NCBI GenBank assembly: GCA_030390025.1
Contig: CM059433.1
Span: 12,650,001 to 12,714,000, forward strand
Direction of reading: 5' to 3'
Source: Squalus acanthias
Taxonomy: Eukaryota
Length of the DNA stretch: 64,000 bases
The notes under the pieces were generated by a model. It ran no database searches. It was given only the letters and a program-made list of their open reading frames with translations, and was not told the origin of the DNA. Position numbers and translations under genes: made by a program. Shown here piece by piece: positions 37,927-51,546 of the stretch (position 1 is the stretch's first letter; every line of letters starts with the position of its first letter).

Positions 37927-39440
37927 GGGCTAGAAATTCGCCTCTTTTGCGCCTCCCGTTAGAGCCTCTTTACTTATGGAGGGAGTCACAGCACGCAGGG
38001 ATTTTCTCTTCCCTTCCCATGGGCGGAAGAGACCTCCCCAGGACACAGCCTGGTTGCACATTGCACAGGAGGACACAAGCAGGGATGTTGTCAGGAGGAC
38101 CAGGCTGCAGTGGCGCAAACCTTTCAATGATCTCAGTAGCTCACGAAACGTTACTGCAAAGCCACACTCAGCCTGATCCTCCTGTGCCACTCATCACATC
38201 CCCATCACTCTGCCTTCCCTACCCTACTCCTGCACATCCTTACTCACACCAACTTACCTTGCACCTCCACCCATCCCTCTATTTCTATGTTATCACTTCC
38301 CCATCTCACTAGCCACCTCTCACACTCACCCTCATCCTTGTCCAATCATTCAAACTAATAACACACAAGGGTAGCCACTTGGGTGGTTTAGCCAATGGTC
38401 ATGTGAAGTTTCTGTTAATGTGTTGTCAAGTATTGAAATCCTTATTTTCACCACTTTGCCTTCTTGGACAGATTTGTGTGCACCTTTGAAAGTGTCTTAG
38501 TGAGTTCCTGTGAATGGTGAGACATAACGGTACTCCCCGCAATGGTGATGAGTGTGAAAGGAATGGCTTGGGCATTGTAGGGATGCTTTATGGTGCTGGT
38601 GTGGGGTGGTGCCAACTTACATAGATACATAGATACATACTTGGTGCATCATGTGGCAGCCAGCGTGTACAGTGTTAAGTGAAGCAAATCTGGACATGGT
38701 GAGGCCATCACTGGCGTCCCGGGCAGCAATGTGCATGGGTGATGATGCCCTGTGTCCAGTGCAGCATCAGTTGATTGCGGAGAAGGTTGGTGTGGATGTT
38801 GGTGCTGCTGGTGTGCCTGGTGATGTTGGTGTTGGGGCTGATCGTGCTGGGATTCTGAGGACCAAGGTGAGATTTTTTCAAGGGCACCGATGCTGATGGA
38901 ATAGATGGCAGGTGAGGTTGAGATGACAGAAGCGATCTGACAGTGGTGAGAGAGTTTGTTACAATGAGGTGACACTGGATAGAGAGTTTGCTCCAAACTC
39001 TTGCTAGCTGCATAAAGGTCAAACTGTCTTCTAAATGCAGTAAGCAACAGCTTCTAACCATGGAAAGTGAAGACCGATGAAATGGGAGCTTTCATAGAAC
39101 ATTTGCAGCTGTCAGTTTAGTAAATCATTCCATGCTGACACAACACCCGACATACTTACCTGATGTGATTCCCGTGCTCTGGGAAACTCGTGGAAAAGCT
39201 GGTAAAATGCTAAGTGCATGGTAAAATGGTGCTTAACTACCTTTTAACAACCTTTTAAGTATCTAAATTGGCAAACCCGCCGCTTGATGTCAGGTCTGTT
39301 CAGGTATAACAGATCTGACACTTGGGAAACTGACAAGGAGGCGGGTTTACAGCGGGATACCCACCCGCTGTCAATCTTTTTGATTTTGACAGCGGACCCG
39401 CCTCCAAACCCGCACTCTGAGCGCCGGTAAAAGTCTGGCC
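37927..39440. mobile_element. Second Harbinger derivative, inverted relative to 18775-20551
   Basis: Myb/SANT remnant 37976-38176(+) MEGVTARRDFLFP..AWLHIA..LQWRKPFNDL. The right end GCGCCGGTAAAAGTCTGGCC corresponds to the 18775 end. Confidence 0.8.
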
Positions 39441-40426
39441 TGAGTGTGGCTGGAATGTTTAAAAATGAGAGGCCTCGTGGCCAAGCCCAATTCTACCCTC
39501 GTCTGACCAAACGCACACAGGCCCAGCAATTACTTGCAGAAATGCTTCTGGCGATGACACGGGGATTGAACCTGCTGGTGACCTCTGCCGCTGATCCTGA
39601 TGGATACCTGGAATGCCACAAAATACCAAACCCCGGAAAATTCGGAACCAGCCCCAACAAGAGGGCCACAGTGAACTTATTTTTTTTCTTTCCCCTTAAA
39701 TCTTCGGGGGCCCAGGCTCGGATTGGGGCCCGGACTCCCAAGACGTGTTCCACAGCCGCCACTGAGAAGGCTGGGAGGCCTCTTCCCACATGGACATACC
39801 GACCTCCCAAGGTGAGGCAACTGCCCCCTAGGCTGAGGTCATGGGGATTCCCAATGCAGGGAGTTGCCGTCCATAACCCTGGGCTCGCACCCTCTGTGTC
39901 ACAGGCCTTGTTAGGGTTGGGCGGAGGCTCTGCTTCTCACAAGGCCCCACAGGAACTCCCAGCCCAGGCCAGAACATGGTGTATAAATACAGTGTATTTC
40001 AGTGGTTAAATCACAGCAAAGCATCTACTGCCTGTGAATCCAATAAATGAAAATCCTGTTCAGCTTGAGTGCATAAAATTGAAATGTGAGAGACACTTTT
40101 ACACTTCGTGCTGATAAAATATACTTGTTAACTCACATCGTGTTGAATTAAAGTTGATCCAATGGGGTTTTCCTTTTAAAAGTACTGCTTTTAGAAGCTC
40201 TCTCGGTGACTCAGTGAGTAAAAATACTCTATGGTGCGATCAGGAGGCATACAGGCTAGGAAAGTACCAGGTCCAGGGCCCTGGCCTGTGTAGATTTGGC
40301 TGGTTCGTGCCAGGGTGGTGAAGCGAGGCACCATCACTGGCCTCAGTGCCCCACAGCTAGAGAGTCAATAAATCTGTCTCCCTACCTCTCTCTCCATCTT
40401 CAAGTCACTCACTCCTTAAAACCTAT

Positions 40427-41057
40427 GGGGGAAAAAATTGGCTCGCGTCCCCTTTTGGGGCGTTAACTTCGCCGGGGCGCTACTTTTAGCGCCCTGAAAA
40501 GTTAGCGCCCCCGCGCCCGAAATTGAATGGTCGCGCCCCAAGCAGGAGGCGGGGCGCTACTGGAAGTGCTCCCCCTCCCTCTTGGGGCGCTCCCATTGAA
40601 TAGCGCGGCGCCATGTGCAACAGTACCATGCGCGTCGGCACGTAGCGCCGCGGTAGTGCAGGCCTCCCTCCCCTGATTAAAGGGGATGGGGCCTAGCGCA
40701 GCGCGCACTGGGGCCCTGCTGGACCACCGGGGTGCTGGGAAAAGAGCCCGGCACTCAAGAGGAGCGCCAGGCTGACCGATCGTGGCCGGCACCCCACAGG
40801 GGGAGGCCAGAGGGGGCAGGTGCTGGCCCCAAAAAAAATGGCCGCCCGGCACCTGCCCTTTAATTTGCGCCGCCCCGGCCCCCAAAACGTCCCCCTGACC
40901 CTGTTGGACAAAGGGTCCGGCGGTAGGTCAGGGGGCGCGAGCCAAGTTTGCGGCCGGGGTGCAAGGGGGGCGCTGCGCACGGCGATGACATCATCGCCAG
41001 AGGCGCAGCGCCGCGGGGCACTACCGGGAGGCGCAAAGCAACCTGAATTTTTCCCCC
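40427..41057. mobile_element. MITE family B copy 3 (inverted), inside an L2 3' tail (about 40370-41205)
   Basis: GGGGGAAAAAATT / AATTTTTCCCCC ends, flanks TAT/TGT. The L2 tail ctccttaaaacc|..|ctttgaccaagcttttgg resumes afterwards. Confidence 0.85.
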
Positions 41058-42146
41058 TGTGTCTTTGACCAAGCTTTTGGTCACCTATCCTGATATATGT
41101 TTACGTGGCTCGGTGTCAAGGTTTGTCTGATTACACTCCAGTGAAGCGCCTTGGGACATTTTGCTATTTTAAAGTCGCTATATAAATGCCAGTTGTTGTT
41201 GTTGCTGCTGGTGTCTATGGAAACGTATCCCAGAACGAGTCACCACCTTCAGGATAGGATAGAAGAAGAAAACAAATGGAAAAGATTAGCTGTAGGAGCA
41301 GGAGGAGAGAAGATACAGATTTTCAGTCCTGATAATATAAGCCAGTGTTGTATCACAGTTGGAAATAAATCACAAAGTTATTCACCTCTTTAATTTTTGT
41401 CTTGTAATTAGTTTAATTGTAGTTGTAGTTACATTTAAGTGTCCCATATGAAAAAATCAGTTGTGAATAATTTTGAGTAACTTCAATATCTTTTTGATTT
41501 TTACCCCTTAATTTTTTTTTTTGCTTAAATAATGAGTTTCGATGATATCGTTAAAGTCCTGGTTTGAGGAGTTACTAAAAACCTGTTTATGTTGATGTTG
41601 TGCACTGGAAGAGTGTTGCTCTCCTGTTTTTTATATTCACCAGCATATTATGAGTGCTTATTTGATCCATTAGAGGCCTAAGAAGAAGGACCCCAAAATG
41701 TCTTCAATGGCGAGCCAATAAACGTGAGTCCCAGACCTGACTGAAGGCATGGTGTATGCCTCCTTTGTATTGCTATGAGCAGTCGGAGTACTATGCCTCT
41801 ACTGTCAATGGCACACTGTCAATATAAAAAGACATTGAGTGGCCTCCCAACATCTGAATTGACAGCAGCAGATTGTTATTAACCCAGAGCTGGATCAGTG
41901 ATCCCCCTATCTCCATAACCTCCTCCAGCGCTCTACAACCCCCTGCCACCGCCCCCCCCACCCCCACCCCGTCCCCCAATTCTCCAGTCCTCTGATCGTG
42001 CCATCTTGAGCTTCCCTCCTTCCTTTGCCCCCAGCATTGGCAACTGTACCTGCAGCAGTCTTTGGAATTACCTCCCTATCCTCCTTTATGACCTTAAATT
42101 TACCAGTGGTCACCATTCCTAATATATCCTTCCATGGATCAGCATT

Positions 42147-42500
42147 CATAGAAACATAGAAACATAGAAGATAGGAGCAGGAGTAGGCCATTCGGCCCCT
42201 CGAGCCTGCTCCGCCATTCGATGAGATCATGGCTGATCATCCAAACTCAGTACCCTGTCCCTGCCTTCTCCCCATATCCCTTGATACCTTTAGCTTTCAG
42301 AAATATATCTAACTTATTTTTGAATATATTTAATGACTTAGCCTCAACTACCTTCTGTGGTAGAGAATTCCACAGGTTCACCACTCTCTGGGTGAAGAAA
42401 TTCTTCCTCATTTCTGTCCTAAATGGCTTACCCCTCATCCTTAGATTATGACCCCTGGTTCTGGACTCTCCGACCATCGGGAACATTCTTCCTGCATCTA
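42147..42500 (-). mobile_element. CR1 3' end
   Basis: (catagaaa)n tail and ORF 42247-42507 TRGHNL..FFTQRVVNLWNSLP. Confidence 0.85.
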
Positions 42501-42696
42501 TATGCATCTTTCTTTTCTTAATACCTCTTTGAAGTGCATTGGGAAGTTTTCTACATTAAAGGCACTATATAAATCCAAGTTATTGCTATATATAATAATG
42601 CAGCTCCACTACACTGCTGGGCTCAGTAACTCCTTCAAGCTAGTTTTCCTCGGTATTCTCAATGACAAATATGAAGTAAAGTATATATTTTTAATA

Positions 42697-43020
42697 CAAT
42701 AGCAAAATACTGCGGATGCTGGAAATCTGAAATAACAACAGAAAATGCTGGAAACACTCAGCAGGCCAGGCAGCATCCGTGGAGAGAGAAACAGAGTTAA
42801 CGTTTCAGGTCTGGGACCCTTCGTCAGAACTGGAAAAGGTTAGGGATGTAACAGATTTTTTAAGCAGGTGCAGAGGCAGGGAAAGGCGGAGGGGAGGGAA
42901 GGAAGGGACTGAAGGAATATTTTGTGCTAGGGTAGGAGGCAGGAGAGATTAAATGTTGCAAATGGGGATGGCAGAATCATCAACAGCCGCCTGAAAGATG
43001 GGGGCAGGGGTTATAGGGGT
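42697..43020 (-). mobile_element. Penelope-like pLTR with hammerhead core
   Basis: Reverse complement of about 10740-11007, with a 15-bp TSD TATATATTTTTAATA (42682-96, 43021-35). Confidence 0.85.
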
Positions 43021-44026
43021 TATATATTTTTAATATCCGCAGAAATATATAGAAAAACAAAAGAAGGCAATGATCATATTTTTTGTTGCCGTTTGATTTG
43101 TTAAAATGCATACTGATGGTGACATTCATTCTCCAGCTGCGCTGCCAGCTGAGCATGTCAGCAACTGTATATAATAAAAAACTGCAAATGCCGAAAATCT
43201 GAAATAAATGCCGGGAAGACACGGCGGTTCTGCCAGCATCTGAAAAAGAAGAGATAAGAAGAGATAAAAGAAGACTTTTTGGGCAGGCCCTTTGTCAGAG
43301 CGAAATATCAGGAGTTGTTTCAAAGAATTAGGCAATTGTGACAAGTGTATCTCTGAACATGGCAATGGTGAAAGCCATTTATCATCTGTGGTATTTAAAT
43401 CGGAGAAACCAGCGCTAAGTTTTTGCTGCAGCATTTATGTGTGTGCGATACACTCTCCTAAATTGGGAAACTTGCCTTCATGGGGTGGATAGGTTCAGTC
43501 TGCACATTTTTTTTTTCCTGAGTGCTTTCCTATTGAACGCTCGCCTTTCATTTGTCTCAGTCACTGTTTTCATGGCTGTATTGTTGACGCGATCGGTGAC
43601 GTTGAGCAAATAGCTGGTTCTTCAAAACTGCGAATCTTTTATTTAAAATAGGGGATTAGAAGGGCTTGGTCGGTACATTTTAATGATATGCCTGTATCTG
43701 TCGGTTATGTGATTTGGTGCAAAAAGTGGCATTTGTGAGAAAGCTCAAACTTGACTGCCTTAAAGAGGCAGATCATATATATAGTGCATTTGCATATCAG
43801 ATCCAAATAGCCAAATACAGGGCTTTCCTTACAGTGCCTTTTACAGGAGGATCAAATATGTTGAGTCAGATTGCAGTGTTCTACAAGGGGCAGTATGTCC
43901 CTTCTACTTATTCTGAAATTTATTTGTCAACTTAATACAAAAAAACATTCTCTATTTCCTTCAGCTTCTACATAGATTAAAGTTGGCTGCAGTTTTTAGT
44001 TCGGTGGAGTATGCTATATTTTGATT

Positions 44027-44123
44027 CACCTGATGACTTCACCTGACGAAGGAGCAGCGCTCCGAAAGCTTGTGATTTCAAATAAAGCTGTTGGACTATA
44101 ACCTGGTGTTGTGCGACTTCTCA
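44027..44123 (+). mobile_element. 97-bp Penelope-type mini-insertion (second family) with hammerhead core
   Basis: CAC-CTGACGA-A-GGAGC-agc-GCTCC-GAAA-GCTT-GTG followed by AATAAA, with a 13-bp TSD CTATATTTTGATT. Confidence 0.8.
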
Positions 44124-47100
44124 CTATATTTTGATTGACAGTTTTCGTTAATGGTTTTTATGAAAAAACAACCTGAAAGCAGTAAATTTATACTCTTGCA
44201 GAATAAGTAGCATATTATATTTACATTCTAATAAACCTTGAGTATGTTGCTGGATTTGTTTGTTTAAAAAGATTTAACCATCATGAGTTTGATTCTAAAA
44301 GTGCATGAAGCTGGAAGGGTTTGAAAATGGATTTGACTTTGATCTGAATGATGGTTCAAGGTAGAGGGACTGAATGGGCTTTGCTTGTTCTTATTTTATG
44401 GTTGTATATTCTCAAGGGCAGTTGAAACTTAATCAGGAAACTTTGCTTCCTAACTTGGAACTGAAACGTTCTTGCGTCAGTTCACTCCACCTGTCCTCTC
44501 TTCTCCTGACGACACTGACACATGCTCAGTCTGATTTCCAGCAGTCCTCCAGTGTCTCACACAAACGGCCATTCTTTTTGTGTGAATCTAGGTAGTGAGT
44601 GTTGGCCGGCTTTCCAAACCACAGAGGGCGTCGTGGCCAAGTCTGGTGCTGTCCTTATCCAACATCCCCACATGCACACTGGCCCCTGGGACCATTGGCT
44701 GCCTTATCCCTCCCTGGTTCAGGGCTACGCAGACCAATCTTACCATTAGCTTGGCTGACATCAGCTAACTCAATACGGATAAATTACTCTCGTCGAACCT
44801 GGCACTTTCAGGTCTATATTTCTTCGTGATATACCACATGGTGCATTTACTCACTGAACCGTCAGAGGAATCCAGTTAATGAAAATGCAGTAAAGTAATA
44901 GAAACATCTTATCACAGTTTGTCTAATTACAGCACTTCTTTCGTAATTGTTTTGTTCTAAATTCACATTTGGAATTCACTTAAATATTATGTTATTCTGT
45001 TGGCAAAAAAAGGTAATAACGTTGTGTGCAAGAGTATACAATCAGGAAAAGTTTGTTAAAAAAAATTAATACATTTAAGATAGGATTGAATTGCTGTGGC
45101 AACACTCCTCAGCTGTGCCTTGGCCTCATTTCATGATGAAAACAGGATTCTGTTGTATGCAAAAAAATGCATCAGATTCTTCTTCTATGGTGTATAAGGC
45201 TTGTATTACAGCACTGAGAAGAGCATAGAATGATCTCAGTGCAGCACCAAGTGTACATGCACCTTTAGTTGTTGACTTGCAGTGTCCCAGCATCACCCCT
45301 GTGCTAGCCTTTATAACAGTTAGCAGCATCTAGCTCCGAAGGTATATTTACTTACATACTTCAGCCTATCCCTGATTCATCAGTCAAGGGTTCTCAACGG
45401 GCATTGTGCCTGTCAAGTTTTTAAAAAAAAAACTGCCCTGGCTTCTCCAACCGTGGGAGGAAATGACCTCATTATTCTTACAGTTTGGTAGGAGAGAATT
45501 TCCTCCCTGGTGACCAGCTGTAATTTCAGCATGCTGCTGTGCGAGGATGCGGCAATCTCACGTAACTCATTTTGTTTGTTTCAATCCAACCACACAAAGG
45601 GCATTTCCACCTCAGAATAAAATGCCAGTTTGGGGCTCCCCCCGCCCCCTCCTTTCCTTGCACGTAAAACGGATCATTCGTTATTTCTTCGAAGGGAAAT
45701 TAATTTTATTTGAAAGAGGCGAATTTTTGTGGTTTACTCGTAAACTGCTTGTATGCCTCACGGCCGGAACCATATGCTTCTGTGTTACGAAGAAATACGG
45801 TTTAGAATAATTGCACTCAGGGATGTCATTCCTTTGCCTTCATCCAGTGCATTCAGGGTAAGATCATGACTCCCATCTACTCTGAGGTTTAGCTGTAAAG
45901 CTTTTCTTTTTTTATTAAACCCATTATTTTTTTTTTTTGCCCTTGTCAAGGTGAGGGACTTTAGTACAGGACATTGGAAAACGTTTCCCACTGTTTTTGC
46001 ATCCAGTGTTGACATCGAGCTCGGGCATGGCATCGGTTAGACGTAGAGTACCCTGCTGTAGCAATGGGCATTAAACACACTTTAAAACAGCACCCCTACA
46101 GCAACAGTGTGACGATTCCATTCTCCGCACCAGCTACCAGCGAAGCTTTTTTTGTGCAATTGCCAGTCTTTTACTAAATTGACGCCAAAAGTGTGGACAG
46201 TTTTTTGTGCTGTTGAGCGATGCCGACTCGGAACTGGGTTTGGAATAGGGAAATTAATTTGACCCTTGCAGCCAGCAGAAAGAGGGGACTTCAATCGCAC
46301 CGAAGACTGGACTGGATTCAAATATAGATCCCAGAAGGCAGTGTTGTAATCGAGGCTGCAGCTAGGTAAATTGATCATTTTAAATAAAGGAAACGAGCAC
46401 GTAATATATGAGAAATAAAATTATTGAACACTTTTTAAAAGCCTAAAATTGCCAAGCCATGCCGAAATTTGCATACTTTTTTCGTGGCTGCTATTTCTCA
46501 GTTATTGCACTCTAAATGATCCCTTCACTTTTTATTTCTCCTTTTTTTTCTAATTGCAGGTCATCTGATGCTTCGATGACTTGTGTGCCTTTTTTTTTTA
46601 ATTCTCTAATAAACTGGAACTATTTTAGAACCTGAGCTGTTTATTGACGAGACTGGATGGAACCCAATCTTGCAAGACCTCTTCTCAAGTGCTCCCCTGG
46701 TGGGGAAGGGAGGGAGTGGGGTGAGGGGGGTGGTGTGCAGCACTAAGAGATACTTGGGTGGCGGACGTTAAGTCTAAGTAACATTAAAAAATCTTAGGTG
46801 AAGCACAAAAAGAGGCATTGATAGTGCACAGTGCATTGGAATGCTTCCAGTGAACACTTTGCACTCATGTTCCACGCTAACCTTGGGCTCATGCCAACAT
46901 TTGGGCAAACAGATCCTCCCTGGTGATCTTCCGTCTCCTGGTCTTGCAGATGCTCATCGACTGGTTAATGTTTTAAGGGAAGCCTGGTCCCTTGGCGGCT
47001 GTACTGTCAGGCCAGGTTCTAATTGTAAACTATTAGCCAGATTACCTGATTAGTAGCAAAACTCTGTCCCATTGTGCAAAAGGATTTGGCAATATAAGTA

Positions 47101-47851
47101 CTTTGGCTATTTCTCGAAACTAGAACCTTTTTTTATTGTTTCTAAAGGAATACGCATTTAGAGATTCAAATGCAAGGGTTGAACAAAAAGAAGCTTTAAT
47201 AGTCTCCATGCTGAAATTCAGTACGCATTTGCAATTTTTTTTACCAAAAATTATATCTATAATATTTTGCTGCTTTCATTTTTTTTAAATAAAGTCTTTA
47301 TGAGCCAAATAGGCAGACAGAAAATCAACAGTTATGTTGAATTATTGCACCACTAGGAATATTAGCCAGAATGAAGGAGAAGTCATGGACTCCCCTCAGT
47401 GCAATGCAGTAGTCTATGGTTCAGAAACACTTGGCAGAATTTGTGAGTCTCCAATTGAAGAGGTTCACCTTTTAAACAGAGCTGAGTAACCCTTTAAGAT
47501 ATTAATTTATAACCCTTCCATAACTCGGAGACTGGTGGCACCTATCCTAATTAATCTTATTGCAATCAACATCGCGGTTATCTTGACTGAGAAAAAATTA
47601 ACCCTGAAAAATAAAAGCAACGTGAAGAAAAGATCAATTGTTTTTTTTTTCAAACATAGACTGAAGTTTTATTATTATAAAATAAAAAAGAGGCATTCAA
47701 ATCATAAATGTTATTAGTTTTATGTATCAAACTATATATGAAAGCAGGGAGAGGCTTGTTAATAAATCCTGTGACACACTTTGACATGCTGTGTATTGAA
47801 GGTCTGTGTGTGCTGGATAAGGACACTGAATGCCTACTAATCTGTTTGCAG

Positions 47852-47906
47852 ATGGAGGAGGATGCAGACCAGAAGCGTCACCGCACACGCTCTAAAGGTA
47901 TCCGAG
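47852..47906 (+). CDS. MYT1L: MYT1L first coding exon (MEEDADQKRHRTRSKGIR + 1 nt)
   Basis: tgtttgcAG acceptor directly before the ATG and G|GTAAGG donor. The peptide matches the recalled MYT1L N-terminus (MEVDTEEKRHRTRSKGVR) better than MYT1 or ST18. Confidence 0.93.
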
Positions 47907-48086
47907 GTAAGGCTATTGGCTCAGTAAATCAGTCAAACCCCTGCTCAGGGTGACCTTCATCCACCAGAGCCTCTTTGCTTGTCTCATCCTGACTGTAGTT
48001 TTCATGGCAACTTACTGGCTGTTATATATGAAGAACCAGGTAATTATAAGAGATGATAAATCTGTGTTGTTTTCATTTCTCCCCAG

Positions 48087-48120
48087 TCCCCATAGAACCA
48101 GTAATCCAAGAACTGTTCAG
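48087..48120 (+). CDS. MYT1L: MYT1L second coding exon, 34 nt ((V)PIEPVIQELF(S))
   Basis: Polypyrimidine tract plus ccccAG acceptor and AG|GTGAGT donor. Phases fit the neighbouring exons, and the peptide matches MYT1L VPVEPAIQELFS. Confidence 0.92.
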
Positions 48121-48371
48121 GTGAGTGCTCATTGTGAAAAAAAAAAATTTCACCACATTAGCAGTTTTGAAATTTCATGCCTTTTAATGGATAAAGCACG
48201 TTGTCACTTGCATTGGTGGTCGGCTCCTGCCTGGCTGCACTGAAGAAATTAATTCTCCTGGGACTTGCTAATAAAAAATCCAGTATTCGGCTTCTTCTCT
48301 CTTTTTCTTAATCTATCCCTCCCACACGTACACTCACAGCTCTGCACACATGCGCACGTATTCACACATAA

Positions 48372-48485
<114 letters not shown>

Positions 48486-49563
48486 TAATTTGTGCGCTTC
48501 TATTTAATTATTTTCTTTCTGAAATCTGGAGTGAGGCAAGTGCAATTAAAGTATGCTGTCTGAGCTCAGGGCTGTGAATGTTCTAACTATGCTATGTGAA
48601 GGTTTATTTTACTTTTATAATGATGGGTAGCCCCACAAGTACGTGTGAATATCTTGCTCCTGACACTTTGAAGACTGTCTTCTACAAAAAGCAACACAGC
48701 TAAATGTCTGATATAAACTGTGAGACAGAATACCGGGGAGAACAGAGGAGCTCTATGATACCTGTTCGTTAAGTAAATCATGAGGATTTTTGTAGTGGAC
48801 ACAAGCCATTTATTTTAACAATTTAAGCATCAAAACAGCAATGGAACTAAAGTGATAATTACTCGGAAAATACAAATGTACATTATTATGGACACATCTC
48901 AAATTTACAGAGGTTACTTTAATCTGATCTTATCTAAAGCCCTCCAGCTTCAGATTTCAACAATTGTACTATGGTTTGAACCAAAATTGTAACAAAAATG
49001 TGCAACCGGTATTCACCAAGATTGCTTTATTGACAGAACGGGAAGTAACATTTGTTTTGGAAAGTGTAATGTGACAGACATTGAGGCGTTATGACACTAT
49101 GCCATGGCCACTTGTTGCGTTTTGTACTGAGAACACTCATTATAGCCTGTGTGACGCACTAAAGGCAGTATGCTGTGCCCAACATGTGGGGAAGAACAGT
49201 CCACCTTGCACTTGGCCTGTAATGAAGAAAAACATTATTATGACTTTGAGAGAGGCAAATGTGCATAAATATATAATGGTAGGGGTTCCTGTTTCTGGTG
49301 TAAACCACAAATAAAACACCAGGGTGAAAATTCTGAGGCAGTTTTTTAATGAAATAAACAGCAGAAAAAAATGGACGATTCTATTCCACTGACTACCAAA
49401 ATTAGCCTTTTCAAACAAAACCCCATGCTCCCTTTGAGAGATTTTTTTAACCTCCAGTCTGTTCGACTATTTTCTTCAGTGAATTAGTAAGTGAAACGTG
49501 TACAATGTAAATGTTCTGAATGGTTTGATAAAATAGTTTTGTAGTTACAAAATAAGTCTCATT

Positions 49564-50331
49564 GACCCAAAATTTGCGGTCGGAGGCTTCCCGCGGGCGG
49601 ATGCCTCCGACCTGTAAAAAAATCTACGCATTTACCTGGTGGCCCGGGAGGTACGGAGACTCATGATCCTGGGCCTCTCCGGGTACCCGCGGGTAGAGGC
49701 CCACGTATCCCAGGGATGCAGGCGGTTCGCAAGCACCCCTAGGATCACGTGGGCCGGCCCAACCAATAAAAGAAGGGAATCCCCATCAATACTTATGGGA
49801 GTTCCGTACATACGGAAACCCGGTAAGTATTAATGGGGGATCACTTAAAAAATACACGAACACATGAAATAAAAAAATGTAATTACATATTTAAAATTAA
49901 TTAAAATACTATTTAATTAAATATTTTAAACAAAAATTTAATTTTTTGATTTTTTTTTACATGTTTTAACGGGGCCAAATATAAACTTACCTTATTGGCC
50001 AGGGTTTTTAATGTATAAATGAGTGATAAAATTTTATTTTTCTATTTTTTAAAACTCTTATGCTGGTAAAAGCAGGCCTTACATCTGCTTTCACCAGGCG
50101 TAAGAATTTCACGGGCATTTAGCGGGCGGAAGTTGGGCAAACAGCGCAACTCTCCACCCGCGGAGACCCTTCTTCCGGGGATGCGTTGGATCTGTCAAGA
50201 AGATTCTTGACCGATCGCAAGTGCCGGGTTTCAACGCACGAGCTTCGCGCGCCTAAACCCGGAACTTGCGCGGCCCCTACGGGCGTGTGCGCACCTCGTA
50301 CGCACCCGTAGGGGTCGCAAAAATACGGCCC
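49564..50331. mobile_element. MITE family A, diverged subfamily
   Basis: Colinear with 12066 and 31274. The right end is CGCAAAAATACGGCCC. Confidence 0.8.
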
Positions 50332-51288
50332 AACATTGGTAAGATTTTTAGACAAAAACAGGTACGGAGACTCAGCACTTGTTTTTTTCTCTCCTCCTCC
50401 CCCCCACCCCAAGTGTAAATTAAATGGTGCGCTTTTCGTAAGGGCTCAACTTGGCCTCAGCTGAACCCAGCTGTGTTTCCAGGTTCAGCTATTTTAAATG
50501 TGGTGGGTAAGCGCCAGGAGGGCCTACCTGATGGGAATTGGCGCTCATTCCAAAATGGGGAAGGGAACTTGCATGGCGGCCGCAGGCTTTGAAAGTCTGT
50601 AAGTGAAAATACCAGGCGTTTCTATTGGCCTGCAAGCTGCTCTTGGTAAAACAGTAGCTATATGGCTTGCACTCCCGCAGTACGTGGCTGCCGCAACATG
50701 AGCGTAAACAACTACTTAGCTGAGGTGATTGGAAGTTGAACTATTATATTGCACTTGAAGCAAGGAAGGTTGTGTGATGAGGAGAAAGAGCAGTGGGGAA
50801 GTCTGACAGGAGGGGAGAGTGGGAAAAATGTACCGTGAATGCTATTGGTTTAAAGAAGAAAATGCTGATGGCAGACCAGACCTGAATCCAAAGGTGGGAT
50901 TGACTAGTGAGCACTATTTCCTGCTGCAGCCCACATTTTAAGAACCCATTTTTTTGCGGTTATTTTTATTCCCGGTTGTTTGTCATTTTCTCCTTTTTCT
51001 GGAGAGTGATCTGTCTGAATTACTTGCAGCTTTTATCTTCCCACCGTAGGAAAATGACAAGCCTCCAGTCCCTTTTCAAATTCAAGTTTGGCGTCACCTA
51101 ACCACTACATGATTTATCTCATTGTCTCTCCTACTCTTTCCAACCCTGGTGGTGTCCTGTACCGTCAGCCTTGGACCTTCACCTTGTTTTAGCAATTAAA
51201 AATTCAATGCCAGCCGATTGTTTGATTAAGATCAAGCCCTCGGTATGGATCATTGGCCATGAACCTGAGTCCAATACCATGACACAGT

Positions 51289-51546
51289 GCAAAAAGCAAA
51301 ATACTGCGGATGCTGGAAATCTGAAATAAAAACAGAAAATGCTGGAAACACTCAGCAGGTCGGGCAGCATCTGTGGAGCGAGAAACAGAGTTAACGTTTC
51401 AGGTCGACGACCCTTCGTCAGAACTGGGACCCGTCTGAACCAGTTCTGACGAAGGGTCATCGACCTGAAACGTTAACTCTGTTTCTCTCTCCACAGATGC
51501 TGCCTGACCTGCTGAGTATTTCCAGCATTTTCTGTTTTTACTGTAT
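51289..51546. mobile_element. Palindromic Penelope pLTR pair with a hammerhead core on each strand
   Basis: About 100-bp inverted arms around 51428-51439, with a 15-bp TSD ATACCATGACACAGT (51274-88, 51547-61). Confidence 0.88.
51441..51480 (+). ncRNA. Minimal type I hammerhead ribozyme motif
   Basis: Stem I AGTT/AACT, core CTGACGA, stem II GGTC/GACC, GAAA, palindromic ACGT stem III, GUU cleavage triplet. Confidence 0.7.

Noticed and set aside
39446..40009. 187-aa ORF
   Set aside because: No recognisable domain or convincing splice sites; likely decayed GC-rich repeat sequence.
47708..47953. 81-aa ORF as a single-exon gene
   Set aside because: Only 47852-47906 is exonic; the rest is intron read-through.
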